From Camelus dromedarius (lineage: Eukaryota): a stretch of DNA of 64,000 bases. Made by a program: the position numbers and the translations under genes. This document shows, one piece after another, positions 23,395-35,734 of this stretch (position 1 is its first letter; each line of letters starts with the position of its first letter). Below the pieces are notes generated by a model. It did not search any database. It saw only the letters and a program-made list of their open reading frames with translations, and was not told where the DNA came from. The stretch covers positions 11,658,001-11,722,000 of the forward strand of contig NC_087437.1 in the NCBI RefSeq assembly GCF_036321535.1. The letters run 5' to 3'.

Positions 23395-26300
23395 GCGCCT
23401 CCTCTTGGTCATAAATTCAACTAATATGTGGGAGAATATCATGACCAATTTTGTCCCATGGTGCTAGGAAGGCTCATTCCTAGATCGGGCAAAGATTCTG
23501 TCGCTAGGCCATTCAGTGGGTTAATTTTTGGATCAGGCCCTAAAGATAATATAAAATTCTCTGGATTGCCTGTCTTACGAGTCTGTTATGATCCAGGAAA
23601 TGTTTTTCCTTGTTTTTTCATCCCATATCTGGAATTGCACTATGACCATTATTCTGTGCCTTGAGAATTTTAGCCGTCATTAATTTTGTTAGTGGCCTGG
23701 TTACAAATTTGTTAATGGAAGAAGCAATCTTACAAAATAGACAGGACATAAGTAATATAGCTAGTAACATTAATAAAGTCATAGTGCTTCAGAGAGAGAC
23801 ACAAAGCATAAATAATTGAAAACAAAGAATGCAAATTAGAACTTAGCTGTAATCTGGTCTCAGTAAGACCTCAAGTCCACAGGGGAGCCAGCTGGAGAAG
23901 CCAAATTCTGGAAGGATCAGTTAGAAAAAGATAAATATTTCATCCTTGTTTACAAAGGTATACTTTATCAACTTGTTGTAGGGCATTGTGTAAAAGGAAA
24001 GGTTTTTCTGGAAAACAAAAATTAAAAGCAGTATATTTCACAAGATATAAATCATTTTTATCAATTCATTCAGCCCCATGTAGTTAATTCCTGTTGATCT
24101 GGATTAAGTCATCAAGTTTCCCATTAGAGTTTTGTAATTTTTTCACCCAGTTTGGTGGTATGATCTAAAAGTTATCAGGAGCTTGTATTTGTCAAGAAGT
24201 CCCTTTTTATGAACCTTCTTGAAGATCTTCACTTTATAAAAACATCAGAGTAAAACAATGACTGTCTATAAATGACGGAAGCCTTAAATGGCATGGTTAA
24301 AGATCTGATTACAGTGCAATTGATAAGAAATTTGGCTATTTCTGTGGCATACAACACGTTTAAGTTAATAACTAGAATTAAGACTGCTAACATTACACCA
24401 GGACGTATCACATTTTTAGGAATTCCATATAAATTTTGGAATATCTATATTAATGACATTTACCCATACTATATAATTTAAGGCTTATCTCCAATCATTT
24501 GATAGTGCTTCTCAAGTAATGTAACATACCAAATAAGCCTAATTAGTTTAGCATCCCACCCTGAGATGTTTCAGGGTTCCTTTGAAGCATCCCAGAGTTA
24601 GTTGGGAGTCAAAAGAACTTTGGTAATTTTGATGTTTGGGAATTTTGTCAAAAATATCAGAAAGGTTTCAAAACACTTGATCAAATAGGGGCATAGGTCA
24701 CTGTGAAACAATATTTATTCTCTTAACAAAAGTGACAATAAAAGATTTTTAAGGGAAATACAGATCAGCAAAGAAACCCACAATCTGTTTTCAAAAGTAG
24801 CATTCCAAGAAAACTTTGTTCTCTTCACAGAGAGAGGAACCAAATCCAGTCTTGCATCAGTCTACTTTTAATAACAAAATCCATTCACCTAATTAAATTT
24901 AATCTAATCCCAGCCTGACCATGTACAAAGCTCCTTTTCAGGGCTCACTTTGTATAAATCTTCTACAACTTTCTGTATTCATATTAGTTTGTCCCTTGTT
25001 TTTACGTCCAGAAACAAGATCAATCTTTCCCTTTAAAAAAGTGTATTTTCGTTCCTTATACTTTCTTTTGCTGACAACACGCATCCCTCTTTTCTTGCAT
25101 CCTGATATGTTTCCCTTGTTATCTTTAGTAGTTTTAATTGCATATTATGTTTTTTAACCCTTAAAAACCTTAATCTCCATCCAAAACCAACAAGCAGCAA
25201 GTAATTGTGAAACGTTTGTCTGATCAGCATTTCCTGATTGGAATAGCCCATGACCTCTTGAAAAATATATCTTCTCATGGTATAATTTCTTTTTTCTTTT
25301 TTTACTGTGGTACAAGATGTATGTCTAATAAACCCCAAATATCTTTAGTTTTCTTCTTGAGAGAAGAGTTTTCAGGTTTAAATTTAACCACTTTCGTCTT
25401 CTTACATTTACCTTTATTTTATAATTTATGAAAATATCACTTAGTTAATTTTGTTTCTTGCTGACAAATTCTGTAATGGAAACAACATAAACTTAGTGAC
25501 CTTCAGTAAACCTAGGCACGGTAAAAGTAAGACACGTCTCTATTGGTTAAATCAGCAAGTGTAAGCTAGCTTTCATATCAGACATTAATTTAATATTGAA
25601 TATTTCCTAGATCATGTAAACCTGAAATTCATTCTGGCCAGTTTCTTTCGTATTTAGAAATATTTACTTGTAAGCACATACTTTAAGTCGATTAAATAGA
25701 ACTCTTTTATATGTTTAATTTAGACAATATTTTCCAAAGGTAGAGACATCTCATATAATCTATTCACAGATGTATATATAAACAGACAAAACTAGAGATC
25801 TTATAGCTTCACTTTAAAAACTTAGTTCTGAATCAGATATTACAAGATAAACTTACTAGTTACTTGTAAGAGTTGGAATAAGTTAAATTTGCTCGTATGA
25901 CTAAGGCTTTACTATTTGTGAAAAGACTTAAGATTTGTATTTGTCTCTGATAAACCCATAACGAGGCTATGAATTAGATTTTGGGTGAGAGAGCCTTTCC
26001 AGTTTTCAAAGGCCTTTTCTCCCTCCTTCCCCCCTTGGTTTCAGGCTTTATCTGACTGAACAAATTAGGCTCAGGTTATTGTGGGCTATTTTTACATTTC
26101 TGATTTGCAGAGATTAGCAAGACAAAGACAACTGCTTTTCACTCTCCAAAGAACTGGTTTGTTACCTACGTGATATTAAAAGATAAATTTGCCCAAATAC
26201 ATTTTCTTTCATTTGCTTTTTTATATCAGTGAGATTTCCAACTGAACTGAAAATTAAGAGTTCTGTGTTCTAGAACTTCAGGGTTTACGATACCGTGCCT

Positions 26301-27717
26301 CAAAAGCTTACATCAGGCATTCAACAAAGCCTCTCTTTCTGCGTGCACAGGTTGGACCCAGAGAAAATCTCTATTATATGTTTTTTATTAGCCCTTGAAT
26401 ATTAGTTCCCAGTTTTACTTTATATTGTGTGGCTCAGGTTACCCTATTGGTTTCCTTTAGTATGTGTAATTAGTATTTCCTGAGGGGCAGATCTATGCGC
26501 CCTCACTGGGGAGGTATTCCTCGGTGAAACGTCTATCCCACAATATAATTAAGCCAAAAAGATGTAACCATCTTACATAGAGCCCATTTAAATATACCAG
26601 CTTTTATGTACTTTCATCTCAGTTCTATCAACTTTTAAGCCTTTGGCTTTCATTTCCACTAGGACCCAATCAACAAGTCCTGGTCTTACAAGGAGTCTTG
26701 GAGGTTTTCTTTTCCTTCATCCCCTGACCACTTTCTCTATTCTGTACAGAAGCTCTGGGTCCCCAGTGAGGATTTGAACCAAGGAACTCAGGCCCTTTTG
26801 TCAATCTTTTAACTTGATTAATTGGCTTAACGCTTGCCCCAAGTAATTGTTCAGATATCTCAGTGTAATTAAATATATATATAGTTACACTGGGGTAGAG
26901 GGAGGAAACTTGTTTGGCACCCCTTAATGTTGGGGTCCAGTCGGGGGGTCCCTTTGACCCATCCAACTTTAGATGGTGTTATATCAAAGCCTTTTATTTT
27001 AATCCCATTAACATCTGTTTCATTTATCCCAGTTCTTAATAACCATCTAGAGATTTCTTTATCCCTTTGGGATTGGTCCGTTTAAAATTTCCGCCTTGTT
27101 GGGAAAAAGTCTCTAGACATCCCCTTCAGTTTTTAAAATTTTCCTGTTAATGAACCTAATTAATGTTAATTATTCTAATGTTTTTACTAGCATCTGTAAG
27201 ATCTATTCAGGGCAAGCAGAGACCACAAATAAGTCTTCCCAAACCATTTTTTTGTTTGTTTTAAATTAAGGGCATTCTCAGGTTAACCATTATGTATATA
27301 TATTTTTTCCACCTTCTAATTTGATTTTTTCCCCCATAGGTACCAGTAAAACAGCTGTTTATAGTGACGGCTCTCTAAAAATTTACCAATTTAGAAGTTT
27401 CTCCAATTTAAAGTATCCATCATCTGGCCATTGATGAGCAGATCTTACTAGTGACTCAAACCAATAAGAAGCAAGAGGCTTGCCCACAAGAGAGTGCAAA
27501 AGATGTAGCCTTCAAAGATCTATAAAGTTCACTTCCAAAAAGAGCCTAAGGAAGTAGAGACCTTCATAGTACAGGCTGATGCAGTGAAGGTTAAGGTGGT
27601 AAAAAAAAAAAAAAAAAACCCTGGAAGTTGGTAAATTCAGGAAAGTCCCAGTTTCTTTGATTGGCTGCCAAATGTACATCACTTGTGTACCTTCCAGATA
27701 GCAGAGAACAAGTTCTC

Positions 27718-27754
<37 letters not shown>

Positions 27755-28655
27755 CTTTTAAGATCAGGTAGATCATTTATGTCTCAAAAACACCTGAAGA
27801 GAAATGCAAGTTCCCTCTAGATGGGCTTTTGTTTCTTTAAGGTCAGAATTCTGAAAAGATGTTTTAGCAAGCTCGCTGTCTTTAACTCAGCTGCATACGC
27901 AATAAAATAGCCCCATCTTAGTTATTTTCAAGGTGAGCTTTTCTTTAATCTCCAATTAAGTAGGGACTCACAAGTGTGCACTCTGTAAATATGTGAATTT
28001 GTCTAGGGTGTTAGAGGTTGGTTTTCTGATGCCCCTCATTTCTCAGTTTGAGAGAATCTATTTCCCATTTTCAAGTTGAATTTGTCACAGATAAAATTTA
28101 CTAGTGAAATTTTGTAGAAGGCGAATGCGCTGCTTGTGAGCTCAACTCCTCCAGGTTTTTACCCCATAGTCATTTCAGCTCCTCTTACATGGCTTGGGTT
28201 CTCCATCCAGTTACAAGACCACTGTGGGTGCTCGGATCATGGGATGGCCAGTTCTTATGTGTGTCCCCAGCAGAGCAAGCTGTTAATTAAAATGAGTGGT
28301 TTTCACTAGAGGGACAGCTGCACAGCATGAGGACTTGCCTCCATCACTCCTGTAATTTTCACGGTTGCCTGAGAGAGCCGTTGCTGGCTGGGAGGAGGTG
28401 TCTCTTCTTCTGAGCTGAAATATTTCTGAGCTGAAAAGTGAAAATGTAATATTTTCACTTTTATCCTAACAAGTTTGTGTGAAGGTAGCCAATTTGAGGA
28501 AAGATACCAGGTCAGCCTCCTACCTAACCACTCAGCCCAGACTGCTCAGTATCTTTCAAATGAGCAAATCTCAATGTCTTTCAACTGGGCTTCCCCAAGT
28601 ATCTTTCAACTAGGGGGTCACTCCCCAGTATCTTTTAACTGGGGAGCCAGGTACC
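23395..28655 (-). mobile_element. Degenerate non-autonomous ERV internal region; no 5' LTR or PBS seen
   Basis: Contiguous with LTR and PPT; ~5.2 kb AT-rich block without MIR/L2/L1 inserts; faint gag/pro-like remnants at ~26.5-27.2 kb; leader-like short repeats at 28545-28650. Confidence 0.75.
27721..27753. repeat. (AC)n microsatellite inside the ERV internal region
   Basis: About 16 AC units. Confidence 0.95.
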
Positions 28656-28867
28656 TAAAGCTTTAAGCTGAAAATGGCACACAGAGCTTTTGTTAACATT
28701 TTTGTTAAAACTCAGCCATGTGACCTCCACTTCCTGTGAGAAGCCTCAGGTACACAGCCTAGCTGTATGGAGGAGAGGAGGATGTGGATTTGCAGTGGGC
28801 AGGAAAGCCTGGGCTATACCACCCTGTTTTTCCAAATGTTGCAGTTGTAATAGCTAATATGAAGTAG

Positions 28868-29535
28868 TGATGCAGGAAGAAAAAATGTGGGGCGAGAGGA
28901 TAGCTGTGTCCCAGGTCTTGGTTGAGCCCCTGGGATGTGCCCCACCAAGTGTGGGTCCGTGGCTTCACACAGGAAAGAGGTCAAGAGCGAGCCACAGTTG
29001 AGTAAAGGTAGACTTATTCAGAGAGATGCATACTCCGTAGGCAGAGTGCAGGCTGTTTCAGAAGGCAAGAGAAAGGCCAGAGATGTGGGGGTTGGGTGCT
29101 CAGTTTAAGATAAAAGTAGATACACCCTCCACAGACAGAGTGGGGGCCGTATGGTGTGGGGGAGAAGGGAGAGCGGCCATGAGGTGTGGGGGTTGTTAGT
29201 TTTTATGGGCTCGGGACCTTTATATGCCAGCAAGTGGGAGGTCTATTCCAACTACGCTGGGGAAGGGGCAGGAACTCCCAGGAGTTGCGCCACCGCCCAC
29301 TTTTTGACCTTCTATAGTCAGCCTAGGAACTGTCATGGCACCGGTGGGAGTGTCATTTACCATGCTAATCATATACCATGATGAGCATATAATGAAGCTC
29401 AAGGTTGACTGGAAGTCAAGTCTCCTCCATCTTGGGCCTCAGAGCCCATTGGGAGTTGAATCTCCCACCATCTTGGTGTTAATTGCTGTGTCCTTCTTTG
29501 AATGGCTGTGTCCTGCCCCCTTCACTCTTGTCTCA
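28868..29535 (-). mobile_element. Solo MER41-like ERV1 LTR inserted in a MIR
   Basis: TG...CA ends; flanks gtag/ttag (3/4 match); reverse complement matches the 39877 LTR. MIR sequence resumes on both sides (taatagctaat | tgcttcttatgtgct...cccattttacagatgatgaaactg). Confidence 0.85.
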
Positions 29536-31344
29536 TTAGTGCTTCTTATGTGCTAAGGGTTTTGTATACATTTTTTCACTTAATTCTCACAACAGCCCTA
29601 TGAAGTAGGAAGCAGTATTCCCATTTTACAGATGATGAAACTGTGGCCTTGGAAAGATTAAAGAACTTGGATAAAGCTGTACAACAAATGGAAAACCAGG
29701 ATTCATACTTTAAATGGTGCTTGTCTGGAAGGTCAGGATTCTTCTCCAAGCTAAAGAATTGTCATGGACAGGGAAGTGGAGGCAGAAGATTAAAAATACT
29801 TACCCCACTTTTGCAAAGAACTGTTACCTCTTCCTCCTTCAACAAGCCTCCCTCTGGAGATGCTGCCAGGAGCAAGGCTGGTGGAAGAATTGGAGGGAGG
29901 TGATTAAATCACCTTAAATCTGTTTTAAAATCTCCATTTTCAAAAGCTTTCTGTTTCTAGCAATGCTTGACTCTGTGAGAAACACTAGCCCCTTTCTGGA
30001 GCCAGCAGAGTAACAGAAAGCAACTTCTAACAGACTGGCTGGCTTGCTAAGGTAGCAATTGTATTTAAATTTCAGTATCAGTAACGCTAGCTGGAACCAC
30101 CTAACGCAAAAGGAAGGAAAGGGTATCAGGGCACATTTTCGCTCCTTCAGCTGCCCTAGGGGCTAGAAAATGGAAAGTTTCACATGACAAGAGTTTATTT
30201 TGCAACTTGAAATTTTCCTCATTAAGGCAGCCTAACAGAGCCTTATAGGAAAGCCAATACAGCAGTAAAATTATGAAGTGAATAAATGGTCATTTTCAGG
30301 GTGTCATAAGCTCACCTACACCGAACATAAATGTTTTACTTGGAACACTCCAGATTTGTTTCATTATAGAGCAAATGTGCCATGAGCACATTAATTTTAG
30401 ATTTGAGACTTTCTGAAATTAAATAGCAGCTAATAGTGTCCACATAATTTCTCTTTTGTAGGCAATGCTTTCTCCGGAAACAAACCAAAAATCATGATCT
30501 GAAAAGCAGCTTCAAGTTTGTACGTACCTGGATGCAGAAAGTTAAGAAACATCTACTTTTAATCAAGCCAACATTTTGAAATTTAAAATTTAGAAATCCT
30601 TTTAAACAAAGTCAGCCTTTTGGATTATTTGTTTAATGGATAATGATGCATATGAATTCGTAAACTATGAAATTCAATTGGTAAAGATGTAGAAGTGGAA
30701 CCAAAATTGTTCTTTAAGGCGATTTTCTAAACTTCCCCATGGAGTTCTGTTTATCTGACCTGGCAAGGCTGCTGCATTTCAATTCAGAGCTTCTTTTGCA
30801 TACAGAAGTACAGACTTGCTGAGCTGAGCCAAATCCGTCTATCCAATTACTGGGTGAGAGAGCTGACTGTAGCTTTAGGCAAAACCTGCGATCTGTGAAA
30901 CTCGGTGGTATCAGTGACTGCCTAATGAAAGGGAAGGACTAAAGAGCGTAGATGTTACTTGAGTGATGCACAGATGCACAGCTCTTGCCGCACATAACCA
31001 GCTTCACATCTAACACCAAAGAGCAATGAAGTATACAAAGCCTCGAAAAAATATCATTGGATGTGTCTGCAATAATTTTTAGGTAGAAGGGTTTACAATG
31101 GAAACAAAGTCTCAACAATGTGTCGCAGACCACTTAGCTGAGCACCAGTTTGAATTCTTTCATTACAGTCTGATTTAACTGCTCTTATTCTCCATATCTG
31201 ACTACTTTAGTGACTTTGTAACAATTGGCAAAATCATATTTTGCTGTAATTTATACTATTTGTAAAGAGAATGCATTCAAGGGTAAGATCTGATTACATT
31301 ATGTCACACACATTACAATAATGATTTCAATTTAAGATAAAAAG

Positions 31345-31682
31345 TTAATCTCTATAAAATAGAATGTTGAGAGAAAGAAGCCAGATATCACAAGTGTACA
31401 CATTGCATGATATTATTTACATAAAATACAAAGACAGGATAGAGTTTATCTATACTGTTTGAAGTCCAAAGAGGGAGTATCTTTGGGGAGAGAGGAAAGC
31501 ATAGTCGTTGGAAAGGTAGACCAGGTGGACTTTGGGATGTTGCTAACGTTCTCTTTCTTGATCTGGGTCCTGGTTACACAATTATTGTCATTGTTCATTT
31601 TGTGATAATTCATTGATCTCTATACTTATGATTTGTATACTTCTTGGTATGTGTGTAATAAAGCCTATTAAAAAAGTTAAAA
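31345..31682 (+). mobile_element. L1ME-like 3' end
   Basis: aatgttgagagaaagaagccagat...ttcttgatctgggtcctggttacac...aataaa. Confidence 0.7.
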
Positions 31683-32559
31683 ATGTTAATCTCTATAATG
31701 TTACATTAGTGTTTTAAGAAAGAAAAGGTTAATAATTATGAGTATGGGAGAGGCACTTTTGAACCAAACATTTCCTTTGTAGGTGCAAAATACAGAGCCA
31801 GTCAAACAAAGATTTCTTTCTAAAGACATTGAGATTGCTTCTCATTTTGTTTTTTTTTACGGAAAAAAAAATGGTTTAATATATATTGGATTGCAGTGGG
31901 AAAGTGAATTCTCTTTTCTCATGCATGAAAGTACAGGCAAAATAAAATCAGGGCAGGGTACACTTAAGAAGATATTTTAATTCATGTTATCAGTATATCT
32001 TATAGGAAACTAAAACCTCTGTAAGCAAGGTTTTGCTGGGCCCAGCATTTTTAGTGGTAATGAAGTTTCATGGCCATTATCATAACCATCTGGTAATCAA
32101 TACCTCGGATATCTACTCCAGTAGAAATAAAAACCCTGTTAAAATGTCTCCACTTATAATTTTTTTTTGTAGGGGTGGGAGCAGATAATAGATAACTTAG
32201 TAAAATGTATGTCTTCACAGTTCAGCAGGCATACAATTTTTTATCAGACAATGGCTTAATTTTTTATTTGTTTTAATTTCTTTTTAAAAGACAGCAAGAA
32301 ATTTCATGTGAGTTTAGCCTCATTCCATAGTGGCAAGGCAGATGGCTTAGTTCTTCATTCTTATAGTCATTATACCAATGTTTACTGAGTGCTTTCTATC
32401 TGCCAGGCCATAGGGAAACAGTGATGCAGGAAACGGGCTTTGTCCTCAAGTTATGGTCTAAGAGAAGTACTTAATTATTCACTCAACAAACATTTTAAAA
32501 GTGGCTACCATGTGCCAAAATCCCAGTCTTTGTAGGGGTCTACATTCTCCCGGGGGGAA

Positions 32560-34685
32560 AACAATGAACACAATATTTGAAGGCTTTCTCTATATTTAAA
32601 GTGTGTTTCTTGTACACAGTATAGAGTAGGATCTTGATTTTTTTTAATCTGGTCTGACAATTTCTGCCTTCCGGAGTGTTTAGTCCAGTTACACTTTCCA
32701 TCAGTGCACATTTCCTATAAACCAGGGCATTCTCCAACACACTTACAATACCACCATCAAAATCAGGAAATTAACATTGATTTATTATTGCCACCTAATC
32801 TTCAAAACTCCATCAAGTTTTGCTAATTGTCCCAATAGCATCCATTGTATAGAGCTAAAGGGTCCAGTTCAGCATCACCTGTTGCATTTAGTTTTTATGT
32901 CTCTTTAGTCTGGAGCAGTTCCTTAGTCTTTCCTTAATTTCTATAGCCTTGACACTTGAAGATTAAAGGCCATTATTTTGTAAAATTTCTCTTTGATTTT
33001 TTTTCTCCTGATGTTTCCCCTTGCAGTTCAGATTATGCATCATTGGCAAGAATACCACAGAGGTGATGCTGCATTCTTACTGTTTTATATCAGGTAGCAC
33101 ACGGGTTCAGTTTGTCCCTGACTGATGATGTTCATGTTGGTTACCTGGTTACGAGGGTGTCTGCCAGGCTACTGTGAGGTTACTTTCTCTCCTTCATGAC
33201 TGAGAAGCATGTTATGGGGATTCACTTTGGCACTAAGCAGATGTCCAGCTCCTCATAAACTCTGAATTCATTCATTCTTTTCTTTATATCAGTACTGACT
33301 CATAGTTTCACAATGTCATCAATAGGATATAATCAATGATTGTCTTTATTCATTTTCCTGCTTAAAATGATTTTGTTGATTTTCTGGTTGGCTTCTGGGA
33401 CCTTCTGACATGTCCCCATCTTTCTTTGAGCATGTCCTTCTGTTTTGGTATAACAAAAGTTCCAAGTTCATCTATTGTATCTCCCGCCCAGTCCTGGAAG
33501 CAGCCATTTCTCTCTTTTCTTACGCTCCGCCTCCAAGTTCACATTCTGGGCTCTGCTCCTCTGGGTCCTCACGTTACTCCCATCTCCAGTGCTCTTCACT
33601 CCTGTCTGCGGATCTGAGTTTCCACAGACTATCACTTTCCTACAGCCTGAATCTCTTCTCTTAACATTTCTTCTAGAGCAAATCTGATGGTGGTAAATGC
33701 TCTCAGCATCTGTTCATCTTGAAATATTTTTAGTCTGCTTTCATTTTTTGGAGGGATATTTTTGCTAGATAGATGATTCACGGGTGACAGCTTTTTCCTT
33801 TCAGCACTTTGTTGATGTTGTAGCATTGTCTTCTGGCTTGCAGGGTTTCTGGGGAGAAGTCACTGGCAATTCTTACCATTGTTGGAAACGAGTCTCTCCC
33901 CCCACCTGTTTGGCTCCTTTTAGATGCTTCTTCTTGCATTGGTTTGGACACTGGAGTAGAAAGTGCCTAGGTATAGTGTTTCTTCTTCTTTGTTTCTTCT
34001 TCTTTTTAAAAATATTGCTCAGGATTAATTGAGCTTTTTGGATCAATGGTTTTGTAATTTTTTTTCTCAGCCATTATTTTTTCCAAAAAAAAATTTTTTT
34101 TGTCCCTATCCCTCCCCTCCTTCTGCAAACCTACTTGTGAATATACAAGCCTGCCTGGTACCTTCTCGCAAGTCACTGGCTGGTGGGAAGTCCCAGGACT
34201 CCCAGCCCTGTCCTGCTCTAGAATCTGTGTTCAGCTCATTGCTCTGCCGCTTGTTTCTTCCACTCTTTGTGGAGTTTTGTCCTCACGTGCACAGCCTCGT
34301 ACCCAGTTAATGACTAATGGGATTTCCTGGAACTTTCTGGAGCTCCTTCTCTGCACAGCTTCCCTCTTCTCCAATACCTTGCCGTGCAAACTCAAGTCCT
34401 CTCGGCAGCCCTGAAGTCTAATCTCTCTCTCAGTTCAGCAGGACCTCCCAGCTCTGCTGGGACTGCACCTCCCTGTACACCAGCCTGGACAGTGACTCCC
34501 TGGCAGAAAGTCAGGGCTACTGTGGGGCTCACTTGGGAATTCTCCCTCTCCCGGGGACGCTAACCCTGTGCTGTCTATTGTCTGGAATCCGAATCTATTC
34601 ATTTCATAGATTTTTTTTTTTCCATTTTATGTCAGTAGTGCTAATTCAATACCAGTTACTCTATCATGGCCAGGAGTGAACACTG
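32560..34685 (-). mobile_element. Composite of ancient L1 pieces (ORF2 start/EN, an inserted L1MC-like 3' part, ORF1 and 5' region)
   Basis: Minus peptides QKLSDQIKKNQDPTLYCVQETHFK (EN start) and KIFQDEQMLRAFTTIRFALEEML (ORF1 C-terminus-like). Confidence 0.7.
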
Positions 34686-35734
34686 AGTAAATTCTACGGC
34701 ATGCTAGAAAGTAATAAATTTTATGAAAAAAACCAATAAAACAAAGTAAGGAGGATGTTGATGCTGGGTGAGCGAGAGGCCATCTTAAGTTACAGACCAA
34801 GGTACGGGCATTATAATTCAGCATGATGTGTACAAGCAGAGAAGACCTTAAGCATCCTCGGAAGTAGGGGCACCTGAATGACCCCGGGGACCAGGGAGGG
34901 TGGCTCAGAGCAATTCCTATCTAGTTGAAGACCTGAAGGATCGGTAGGAGGTAACTGGTCCATGAGCTAGGATGTGAGAGGGCTGGCAGGTGCTCCAAGA
35001 TATTGGAAGCAGAGTACTTTAAAGACTCAGGGAGAGGCTCAGAGCACACACTGAGTTTGGCAATGGTGTTTCATGGCTGGAGTTCTTTCATGCGATAAAG
35101 CAGAGACCAAGTCCTAGAGGGCCTTGGCAGGCACACTGAGAAGTTTGTGCTTTGTCCTATGGCTTTGGAAAGCTTTTAAAGGATTTTAAGCTATTGTGAA
35201 ACTTGATCATAACCTCTGAATCTCCACATCCTTGTCTGGAGAATGAGCATGTTAGATATAATGGCACTAATTGTTTCTTTTATAAATGAGTCTACTCTTT
35301 ATATGAAAATTCAAGTTTTGTATCTATATCAAAAGCCAGTGTCAAATGCCTAATGTATGAGGTCCTTGAAAAGACACTGCTTTTCAAGCAAATTTGTGAG
35401 CGATAAAGTGATCTCAACATTATAAAGGAAGTTGATGGAGAAACGCTAAAAACAGAACACAAAACCTTTGATTTCTCAATTATCACCATTAAAAGGTGTA
35501 TAAGATTGAATTATAACAGAAGGTAGTCAATTGAATTATGGTATTTATTAGTACATTAAAAAAAAAAACCTAGACAGTGAATAAAATGTTTATGCTGAAG
35601 GGTCAGTAGAATCACAAAAGAAAGGAGAGGAAGAGAATGAAAAGCAAGGCAGTAAACAAGAAATCAGTCTCTTTATTTCCAAGCCAGGTGGGCCAGTTAG
35701 AAAAAAAAGTTGCTTTTAGTTTTTTTGACATCAT

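Larger units (their letters stand above)
22710..28810. mobile_element. MLT1-like LTR split by the provirus (halves ~22710-22949 and ~28655-28810)
   Basis: Left half ends ...ggagggggcactaacttc; right half aagc...ggcacacag...agccatgtgacc...ctagctgtatg continues a recalled MLT1J-type consensus. Confidence 0.5.

Noticed and set aside
28545..28650. Short spaced repeats as a CRISPR-like array
   Set aside because: The context is eukaryotic, the units are imperfect without regular unique spacers, and they lie in an ERV leader.
28868..29535. Possible 5' LTR of the 22950 provirus
   Set aside because: It is not similar to the 22950-23394 LTR, has its own near-TSD, and interrupts a MIR about 200 bp beyond the end of the internal region.
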